Below, one piece after another: positions 7,773 through 15,639 of a stretch of 16,947 bases of DNA; positions within the stretch are counted from its first letter, which is position 1; each line of letters starts with the position of its first letter. This DNA is from an uncultured archaeon (GTDB lineage Archaea > Asgardarchaeota > Lokiarchaeia > Sigyniarchaeales > SOKP01): positions 1 to 16,947 of the forward strand of contig CAYLZE010000038.1 in assembly GCA_964388035.1 (NCBI GenBank), given 5' to 3'. The notes under the pieces were generated by a model. That model had not been told where the DNA came from and ran no database searches. It saw only the letters and a program-made list of their open reading frames with translations. The translations under genes and the position numbers were made by a program.

Positions 7773-8195
7773 TTACTTTATGATATCTGTAATGAAGCAC
7801 GTTTCTATTATTTTAATACCTTCAATTCGTGATATCTTATTTTCAATTAAAGGATTGAATTCTTCAATAGAGGGAATCTCTACTTTTAAAAATAATCCGC
7901 AGTCCCCTGAAAGTCGCCATATATCTGTTACTTCTTCGACTTGCCTTAGCTCATTCAAGATTCTCTTTATCTCCTTAAAATCAGGTTCGATCTTAACCGT
8001 AGCTCGCGTTTTTGGCTTACTGTTTACAGAGTAATCAATCGTAAATTTCTTAATCACCCCATCATCCATTAACTTTTTAACCCTTCTCCTTACAGTAGCT
8101 TCAGTTTTTCCCACTCTTTGACTGATTTCATTGAATGAAACTCGACTATTATTTTTTAATTCTTCCAAGATCTTAAGATCTATTACGTCCATCAT
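7773..8195 (-). CDS. Lrp/AsnC family transcriptional regulator
   Basis: D..DLKILEELKNNSRVSFNEISQRVGKTEATVRRRVKKLMDDGVIKKF HTH, plus a RAM domain with LSGDCGL. Confidence 0.95.
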   Translation of the reverse strand: MMDVIDLKILEELKNNSRVSFNEISQRVGKTEATVRRRVKKLMDDGVIKKFTIDYSVNSKPKTRATVKIEPDFKEIKRILNELRQVEEVTDIWRLSGDCGLFLKVEIPSIEEFNPLIENKISRIEGIKIIETCFITDIIK

Positions 8196-8449
8196 TTCAA
8201 TCTACAAACTTTTTTAAATTAATTATTTTTAATCAAAATGCAATTTTATATTCTCAATGTTTAAAATCATTTATTATATAATATAAAATGTGAGAATTAC
8301 TAATTAAAATTTTTTAAACCATGTTAAAAAATTAAAAACTAATTTTAAATTTCAACATTTTTATCGAAAAAAATAAAATGAATGATTAAAAAAAAATAAT
8401 TTATTGTAGTAATTCTATAAAAATTAAATATCTTTATAAAAATAAAAAA

Positions 8450-10069
8450 ATGAAAGATTTATTTTTGGGCTTAGATTGCTCCACCCAAGGAATAACGGCT
8501 CTCATCATCGAGGAAAAGTCCAATTCAATAATATTCATGTACTCTTTAAACTTTGATAACGCCCTCCCTCAATATCACACCAAAAATGGAGTTATATCCT
8601 TTAATGATAAGACGATTCATTCCAATCCCCTCATGTGGGTGGAAGCCTTGGAACTCATATTTGAAAATATTCGGAAAAAAGGAATTGAACTTGATAACAT
8701 AAAAGCCATTTCGGGTTCCGCTCAACAACATGGTACAGTATATCTAAATCGATCTTTTGAGGAAATTCTATTAAATTTAAATCCAGATCTTTCCTTAACC
8801 TCTCAATTAAAACATTGTTTCTCGAGGAAGACAAGTCCTATTTGGATGGATTCGAGTACTTCCTCGCAATGCGAGGAAATTCGACAATCATTGGGTGGAA
8901 TGGAAACCACAATTCAAATAACAGGGTCAAATACCTACGAAAGGTTTTCAGGGCCTCAAATACGGAAGTTTTTTCAAGAAGACCCTGATAACTATAGGGA
9001 TACCTTTATAATTCACCTTGTCAGTTCCTTCATGGCATCGCTTTTGATTGGAAAAAATGCACCAATCGACCATTGTGATGGATCGGGAATGAACTTGATG
9101 AACATTCACACTAAAGAATGGGACGATAAGGCGTTAAATGCAACAGCGCCCAATTTGAAAACCAAACTACCAAATTTATGTGGTGCGCAAGAAGTAATTG
9201 GAAAAATCTCTCCCTATCATGTAAAGAGACATGGATTTAACCCGGAAACTTTAATAATTGCTTGGTCCGGGGATAATCCCAATAGCTTAATAGGAATTGG
9301 ATTAATAAATAAAGGAAAAGCAGGGATTAGTTTGGGAACAAGTGATACATATTTTAGTTATTTAAAGAATCTTTATTTAGATGTGAAAGGAGAAGGACAT
9401 GTATTTGGGGCTCCTACAGGTGATTACATGAGTTTGATATGCTTTAAGAACGGATCTTTAACCCGAGAGCATCTAAAAGAATCCTGGGGATTAACTTGGA
9501 AAGAATTTTCAAACATTTTAATGAAAACCCCCCCGGGAAATCGTGGAAAAATCATGTTGCCTTATTACTTACCTGAAATTGTACCTCTTGTTTTAAATCC
9601 TCAAATTAAGCGTTTTGGATTTGATCAAACTGATAAAGAAGGAAATGTCCGAGGAATTATTGAAGCCCAATTCTTATCCATGAGATTACATTCCCAATGG
9701 ATTCAAGAACGTCCTATTGAAATTTATGTTACAGGAGGTGCCTCAGTGAACGAGGAAATAATTCAAGTCTTAGCTGATGTTTTTGGTGTAAAGATATATA
9801 TGTTTGAATTCACGAATTCAGCAGCATTAGGTGCGGCTCTCAGGAGTATATATTCATATACTCAGTTTAATAATCAAAAAAAAAGTTGGGAGTCAATTGT
9901 GAAGAGATTTTTAGAACCGCATCTTAGTAAGTCTATCATTCCCCGCCTTCAATATAAAAAAATGTATGATGATATGTTAAAACTATATGATCAATGCGAA
10001 AGCTACTTTTTACGCAATGGAGATGACCCAGAACCTTATAGAAAGCACTTCATTGATAAATATTTTTAA
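8450..10069 (+). CDS. xylB: FGGY carbohydrate kinase, xylulokinase of the eukaryote-type XYLB/XKS1 subgroup
   Basis: LGLDCSTQ, SGSAQQHG, IWMDSST, ERFSGPQIRK, LVSSF, DGSGMNL, GDNP, SLGTSDT, EGHVF, CFKNGSLTRE, TGGAS.N, NSAALGAA. Confidence 0.85.
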   Translation: MKDLFLGLDCSTQGITALIIEEKSNSIIFMYSLNFDNALPQYHTKNGVISFNDKTIHSNPLMWVEALELIFENIRKKGIELDNIKAISGSAQQHGTVYLNRSFEEILLNLNPDLSLTSQLKHCFSRKTSPIWMDSSTSSQCEEIRQSLGGMETTIQITGSNTYERFSGPQIRKFFQEDPDNYRDTFIIHLVSSFMASLLIGKNAPIDHCDGSGMNLMNIHTKEWDDKALNATAPNLKTKLPNLCGAQEVIGKISPYHVKRHGFNPETLIIAWSGDNPNSLIGIGLINKGKAGISLGTSDTYFSYLKNLYLDVKGEGHVFGAPTGDYMSLICFKNGSLTREHLKESWGLTWKEFSNILMKTPPGNRGKIMLPYYLPEIVPLVLNPQIKRFGFDQTDKEGNVRGIIEAQFLSMRLHSQWIQERPIEIYVTGGASVNEEIIQVLADVFGVKIYMFEFTNSAALGAALRSIYSYTQFNNQKKSWESIVKRFLEPHLSKSIIPRLQYKKMYDDMLKLYDQCESYFLRNGDDPEPYRKHFIDKYF

Positions 10070-10242
10070 ATATTTTGGAAAGTTTTAGTAAATTCAATTG
10101 TTTTTTTTCTTATCATTTTTTATATCACAATTTTGAGGAGAAAGATAAGTTGAAGAGAGAAGTTAAATAAAATAATAATTAATTCACGTAAAATTTAAAA
10201 TTCATGTTATAGGTTTTATTTATTTATTGCTTAAAATTATTA

Positions 10243-10255
10243 TACTAATATAGTA
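10243..10255. promoter_or_regulatory. Candidate TrmB-type operator
   Basis: TACTA-ata-TAGTA palindrome just upstream of TATA-like sequences and the trmB-like start. Confidence 0.35.
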
Positions 10256-10290
10256 CATTATAAATTTATATCACAAAAATTTTTTTAAAG

Positions 10291-11097
10291 GTGAACACGG
10301 AATTGAGCAAGGAAATCCCCGATACTGTTAAGGAATCATTAAAACAAATTGGTCTCACGGATTATGAAATATCCATTTACCTGACCTTAATAAGCAAGGG
10401 TCCAATGGATGCGAGGGAATTATCAGAATCCTCTGGGGTCCCTTATTCCCGAATATATAATATATTAACGCAATTAGAAAAGGAAAAACAATGGATCATC
10501 AAGGAAGATTCTCGACCTTCAAGATATTTCGCAAAAAGTCCGGATGAAGCCTTGATCATTGCTAAGAAACAATATAACGACATGTTTGATAATCATTCTA
10601 ATAGTATCATTCATTCTTTATCTCCCATTTATCAATCACATGATACCCCCATCAAGATTTCACTGTATGTCCATCGAGGAAGAGATGTATGCTTGAATAA
10701 AGTCTTGACTTTAATAAATATCGCAAAGACCTCAATTTATATTGTTGCAACTGATTTCGAATTTTTAGATATTTTTTATAAGGACGTCGAAAAAGCTAGA
10801 GCTCGTGGCTGTACGGATTTAAAATTATTGGTGGAAGAGACTGCACTTCAAGACAAAGAAAAAAAAGCCCTCCTCACAAAATATGATACTTTATGTGAGA
10901 TTCGCGTGAGAGACCAAATCTTTGGAGAATCAATCGTAATAGATGAGGGGGAAGACGCATTCATCATCCTTTCACAGAAATTTTTTGAAAAAATGTCATA
11001 TTTTGGGATTTTAGCGGATTACATTGCATTTGCCCCAGCAGCTAATTATTATTTCAGCTATTTATGGAAGACGGCTCAGCCAATTAAGCTTAAATAA
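10291..11097 (+). CDS. TrmB family transcriptional regulator
   Basis: LKQIGLTDYEISIYLTL..G...ARELSESSGVPYSRIYNIL..L..RPSRYFAKSP wHTH, and a C-terminal effector domain (AKTSIYI, SIVIDE, YLWKTA). Confidence 0.92.
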   Translation: MNTELSKEIPDTVKESLKQIGLTDYEISIYLTLISKGPMDARELSESSGVPYSRIYNILTQLEKEKQWIIKEDSRPSRYFAKSPDEALIIAKKQYNDMFDNHSNSIIHSLSPIYQSHDTPIKISLYVHRGRDVCLNKVLTLINIAKTSIYIVATDFEFLDIFYKDVEKARARGCTDLKLLVEETALQDKEKKALLTKYDTLCEIRVRDQIFGESIVIDEGEDAFIILSQKFFEKMSYFGILADYIAFAPAANYYFSYLWKTAQPIKLK

Positions 11098-11165
11098 ACT
11101 TCAAATTCCTTTTTTGTATAAAAATTTTCTTCTATCTCCTAAAATTTTCTTCAAAATGATTTAAT

Positions 11166-11954
11166 ATGGCAAGTAAAAATGCGCTAGTTACAGGATCTAC
11201 TCGAGGTATTGGAAAAGCAATTGCTTTTGAACTTGCCGAGTTGGGATATCATGTTATTTTTAATGGTGCTTCTACTACGAAATTACCCGAGGAGGACAAG
11301 AATCGTTTAAAAGAAATATATAATTCTGATCAAGAAAATTATTCTTTTATAAAAGCGGATATTAGCAATCCTCAAGAACGGAATAATATGATTTCAACTC
11401 TTAAAGGAAGGTTTGATCAGCTTGATGTTTTGGTCAACAATGCGGGCGTAGCCCCCAGAGAGCGTAAAGATCTTCTAGAAGCTTCAGAGCAAGAATTCGA
11501 ACGAGTGTTGCGAATTAACCTCCAAGGACCATACTTTCTAACTCAACAAATTGCAAGGTGGATGATTGAAAAAAAGAAAGAAAAACAAGAGGAATATTCT
11601 CCTTATATCATAAACATTTCTTCCTTATCAAGTTATGCCGCCTCTTCCAATCGAGGAGAATATTGTGTTTCAAAAGCTGGTTTAAGCATGATGACAAAAT
11701 TGTTCGCAATAAGACTGGCAGAATATCAAATACCGGTATATGAAATTCAACCAGGAATAATTAAAACATCCATGACAGAACCGGTAAGAGAAAAATACGA
11801 CAAATTATTCGAAGAGGGTATTACCCCCTTAAAGAGATGGGGATTACCTGAAGATGTAGCAAGAGCAGTAAAAGCCATCGTAGAAGGAAACATTCCTTAT
11901 TCCACGGGAGAGGTGATCCATATTGATGGGGGATTCCATCTCCAACATCTCTAA
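11166..11954 (+). CDS. Classical short-chain dehydrogenase/reductase (PRK12745-like subfamily)
   Basis: TGSTRGIG, NNAGVAP, catalytic S..YCVSK (NRGEYCVSKAGLSM), PGIIKT, IDGG. Confidence 0.93.
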   Translation: MASKNALVTGSTRGIGKAIAFELAELGYHVIFNGASTTKLPEEDKNRLKEIYNSDQENYSFIKADISNPQERNNMISTLKGRFDQLDVLVNNAGVAPRERKDLLEASEQEFERVLRINLQGPYFLTQQIARWMIEKKKEKQEEYSPYIINISSLSSYAASSNRGEYCVSKAGLSMMTKLFAIRLAEYQIPVYEIQPGIIKTSMTEPVREKYDKLFEEGITPLKRWGLPEDVARAVKAIVEGNIPYSTGEVIHIDGGFHLQHL

Positions 11955-11969
11955 AAGAAGTGACGCTAT

Positions 11970-14048
11970 ATGGATCTGGGAAATCTCAAATTAAGGAAAG
12001 AAAATATAATTTCTTGTAATTCATTGATTATAGGTTCTGGAGCCGCAGGATTAAACTGTTCACTTCACCTTTTAGATGAAGGGGTGGAGAGATCGGAAAT
12101 CCTAATTCTTACCGATAAATTAGGAGGAGGGACATCCTTCAATACGGGCTCCGATAAGCAAACTTATTATAAATTATCGATCCTTGGTGAAGAATTAGAT
12201 TCACCCATATCAATGGCGAATGAATTATATCAGGGCGGGGCGATGCATGGAGATATTGCACTGGTGGAAGCAACTAATTCTTTGAGAGAGTTTTTTCATT
12301 TAGTTCAGCTTGGCGTTCCTTTTCCTCACGATCGATTTGGAGGATACGTAGGATATAAAACAGATAATGATCCCCGACAAAGAGCCACTTCAATAGGGCC
12401 TTTAACCTCACGCGAAATGTGCGAATGTTTATTAAAAGAGGTTAAAGGTAAAAATATTCCCATTCATGACGGTCTATTTGCTATCCGAATATTACTTGAT
12501 AGAACTTTCGAAAAATCTCAAGCCATTGGATTATTATGTGTTAAACTAGATGAATTAGCTGATTATAAGGATCTTGAAAATTTATTAGAATGCATTAGAA
12601 TTTATCAAGCTCAGAACATCATATTAGCCACGGGAGGTCCCGCGGGCATATATAAAAATTCAGTTTATCCCCTCTCTCAATGGGGTTCGACGGGATTAGC
12701 AATAGAAGCGGGGGCAATGCTTCAAAATTTAACAGAATCCCAATTTGGCTTGGCTTCAATTGATTTTCGGTGGAACGTTTCGGGATCTTATCAACAAGTA
12801 ATTCCTCGCTACGTTTCTATTGATGAAAATGATGAGGAGAATGAATTCCTTGAACAATATTTTCCAACTTTTGAATTACTCTCCAAGGCAATATTTTTAA
12901 AAGGATATCAATGGCCCTTTAATTCTGAGAGAATTGAACAACATGGCTCCTCTTTAATTGATTTGGCTGTATATCATGAAACAGAAGATTTAAACCGACG
13001 AGTTTATTTAGATTATACTATAAATCCTAATGGTTTTGACATGAATTATTTGGATCTCGTTGCTAAAACCTACTTATCTCGTTCTGATGCAATGGAGGAT
13101 TCCCCCATTAAACGTCTTTTAAAACTAAACGAGCGAGCGTACCAACTTTATTTAAGTCACAATATTGATTTAAAGAAAGATAAGCTCCAAATTGCAGTTT
13201 GCAATCAGCATCTTAATGGAGGTATTGCTTGTGATCTTTGGTGGGAATCAATATCCGTTAAAAATTTGTTTGCTATAGGAGAAGTGAACGGAAGTCATGG
13301 AATTCATAGGCCCGGAGGAAGTGCTCTAAATGCGGGGCAAGTAGGAGGATTGAGAGCTGCTCAAAAGATAGGAAATTTTCATGTTTATTCGACAACTGAT
13401 TCACATAAATTTGAATTTATTGCATCAAATGAATTAAAAACACTTCTTTCCGAATTACTTCCCTTATTTAATAATAATAATTCATTCGATAACAAGGATC
13501 TTAAAATCATTGGTAAAAAAAAGCAGTCTCTTGAGAATTATATTGATCAAATGAGGAATAGAATGGCTAAATTTGGTGGGATTATTAGACCATATAAAGG
13601 ATTGGAACAAGAATTAAACCATCTTTTCTCTACTATAATTCACTTGAACTCGATGGTCGATATTGAAACCAATAAAAATATCATTCCTTATTTTAAATTA
13701 AAAGACTCCTTATTAATGCAATATTTTATTTTAAATTCCATAAAAGAATATCATCATTCATTCGGGAATAGTAGGGGCTCCTGTATCATTATACGGGATA
13801 CATTGAATCCTTTGTATGAGGAAAAAAGGGTAATTCTTCCTGGAAAATTACAAAAATATAATTTTATACAAAGTAATAGAAATTTGAGTGACCAGATCCT
13901 AACAATCCAATTGAAAGAAAGTAAAGGTGATTCTAAGCAACCAGTTTCAATGACTCTTGGATGGAATAAGGTGAGGGAAATTCCCAAAGTTTCCACTTGG
14001 TTTGAAAACACTTGGAAAGATTATGAAAACGGCAAAATTTATCAGTAA
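11970..14048 (+). CDS. FAD-dependent oxidoreductase, SdhA/FrdA/NadB superfamily, substrate unknown
   Basis: IIGSGAAG dinucleotide motif, ILATGG, GA.L.NL.E.QF, QHLNGGI, NLFAIGEV.GSHGIHRPGGSAL, SRG near the C-terminus. Starts 15 bp after the SDR stop. Confidence 0.85.
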   Translation: MDLGNLKLRKENIISCNSLIIGSGAAGLNCSLHLLDEGVERSEILILTDKLGGGTSFNTGSDKQTYYKLSILGEELDSPISMANELYQGGAMHGDIALVEATNSLREFFHLVQLGVPFPHDRFGGYVGYKTDNDPRQRATSIGPLTSREMCECLLKEVKGKNIPIHDGLFAIRILLDRTFEKSQAIGLLCVKLDELADYKDLENLLECIRIYQAQNIILATGGPAGIYKNSVYPLSQWGSTGLAIEAGAMLQNLTESQFGLASIDFRWNVSGSYQQVIPRYVSIDENDEENEFLEQYFPTFELLSKAIFLKGYQWPFNSERIEQHGSSLIDLAVYHETEDLNRRVYLDYTINPNGFDMNYLDLVAKTYLSRSDAMEDSPIKRLLKLNERAYQLYLSHNIDLKKDKLQIAVCNQHLNGGIACDLWWESISVKNLFAIGEVNGSHGIHRPGGSALNAGQVGGLRAAQKIGNFHVYSTTDSHKFEFIASNELKTLLSELLPLFNNNNSFDNKDLKIIGKKKQSLENYIDQMRNRMAKFGGIIRPYKGLEQELNHLFSTIIHLNSMVDIETNKNIIPYFKLKDSLLMQYFILNSIKEYHHSFGNSRGSCIIIRDTLNPLYEEKRVILPGKLQKYNFIQSNRNLSDQILTIQLKESKGDSKQPVSMTLGWNKVREIPKVSTWFENTWKDYENGKIYQ

Positions 14049-14051
14049 ATC

Positions 14052-15452
14052 TTATAACTCTTTCATGCCTCGATATCTATTTTTATAATAATCATCTCGA
14101 ATCACGCAGCCCGTGTTCAATCCTTTTCTCATTAGAGCGGTACATTTTGAACAACCAATGCAAGTCAATTTTTTATCTATTCCTCCTTCTTGAAAGATTT
14201 GCCTGGGGTAATAGGGATTGGCAATAGACATTCTCCCAAATCCGCAGATATCAATCTTGTTTTCTCGAATGAGTCCAGCACAAATCAAGGGACCATAATG
14301 TCGAAGATAAGAATATCCCGATCCTAATACCACCATGCTTTTTGGGGCATTAGTCTTAATCATGGAAGCTAATTTAATAATTCTTCCAACCCCATATAAA
14401 GGATGTTCAGAGGGATACTCTCCCCCGCTAACTGGAGTGTTAAAAGGTCTGGTTAAATATGGTTTATAATATGGATTTCCCGCTGTTATATTTATTAATT
14501 TCACGCCTAAGGAATTAAGTTCTTTTATGATCTCCACTGGTTCTGATAAATCCACGGTGTTGGTTAAAGCATGATCTTCATTATACTCCACGCCAAATCC
14601 ATTAGGATAAGGATTTTCATCATACACTCCAAGTCGGCTGGTAATTAAAAACTTATCCTTATTACTTAATTTCTTAAAAAGTTTTGAGATTATATTGAAG
14701 AAAAATTTCGTTCTATTTTTTAAACTTGACCCCCCATATTCTGAATTCAAGCGAGATTTCGAGGAAATAAGCTCACTAATCAAATATCCATGACAAGCTT
14801 TAATATCTACTCCATCGAACCCCGCTTCTATGGCCAAGATTGCCTTTTCTACCCAAAGATCTTCAAGGGCTTTTAAATTCTCATCAGAGAGCAAGATCCC
14901 ATCTTCTTGAGAAACACCCATTGCTTTATCAAGGACAGGATTTTGATACGCTTTTATTGGAAATTTATGACCATTTTTCTTGCTATATCTACCAGAATGG
15001 TTTAATTGTAAAATTAAAATCGAATTACCTTTATACCCTAATTCTTTAGATGTTTCAACACAGTGACTTTTTATTGTTGAAACAAGGGACTTAAATTTCC
15101 CTACATTCTTTTCTGAAAGATATAATTGATGTTGATTCGATTTTCCTTCAGGAGATATAGCCGTGGCTTCAAACCATATTATGCCTGCGCCCCCCTTCGC
15201 ATAACGTTCATACCTTCTTAATGTTAAATCCCCGGGACTTCCCTCAGAATCTGCATCATACCCTTCCATGGGCTGAACAGCCAAACGATTAGGCACGAGA
15301 AAGTTCCCTATTTTAATACTATCTTTTAGTATTTCACAATCTTGATCGATGGGTATATCTAATTCTAATTTCCTAAATTCGTTTCTTAAATCATCGATTG
15401 TTTTATATTTGAAGGGTTGAAAATTTTGGGCATAAAGGTTTTTCTCAATCAT
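14052..15452 (-). CDS. NADH:flavin oxidoreductase (Old Yellow Enzyme family) with C-terminal four-Cys Fe-S motif
   Basis: NRLAVQPME, YERYAKGGAGIIWFEA, QLNHSGR, AGFDGVDIKACHGYLI, YGGSSLKNR, GFGR..IANP, CIGCSKC-x11-C. ATG 15452 is preferred over the non-ATG start at 15476. Confidence 0.92.
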   Translation of the reverse strand: MIEKNLYAQNFQPFKYKTIDDLRNEFRKLELDIPIDQDCEILKDSIKIGNFLVPNRLAVQPMEGYDADSEGSPGDLTLRRYERYAKGGAGIIWFEATAISPEGKSNQHQLYLSEKNVGKFKSLVSTIKSHCVETSKELGYKGNSILILQLNHSGRYSKKNGHKFPIKAYQNPVLDKAMGVSQEDGILLSDENLKALEDLWVEKAILAIEAGFDGVDIKACHGYLISELISSKSRLNSEYGGSSLKNRTKFFFNIISKLFKKLSNKDKFLITSRLGVYDENPYPNGFGVEYNEDHALTNTVDLSEPVEIIKELNSLGVKLINITAGNPYYKPYLTRPFNTPVSGGEYPSEHPLYGVGRIIKLASMIKTNAPKSMVVLGSGYSYLRHYGPLICAGLIRENKIDICGFGRMSIANPYYPRQIFQEGGIDKKLTCIGCSKCTALMRKGLNTGCVIRDDYYKNRYRGMKEL

Positions 15453-15639
15453 TAAGTCGACCCTTATTCCTGTCAAATATTGTTAATTAAGCTTGAATTA
15501 TTTAAACAAAATATTTTTTTATTCATAAAGACATTTGATTTTACCAAGAGAATGTAGATATATTGATTAATTTAATTAAGAAATAATACATGCTACCTAC
15601 TTATAATAATTAGTATTAAAATAGCCATCGTGGAAAAAA

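Noticed and set aside
6328-8034. Antisense ORFs 6328..6555, 7201..7497 and 7780..8034
   Set aside because: Fully overlap well-supported minus-strand genes, with shadow-like composition.
11166-11954. fabG / fatty-acid synthesis assignment
   Set aside because: No ACP or fab genes nearby; the subfamily label is generic and the context suggests carbohydrate metabolism.
11970-14048. sdhA/frdA/nadB assignment
   Set aside because: Key catalytic residues and partner genes are not seen.
8546-15049. Antisense ORFs 8546..8731, 13754..14011 and 14840..15049
   Set aside because: Nested opposite conserved enzymes; no independent evidence.
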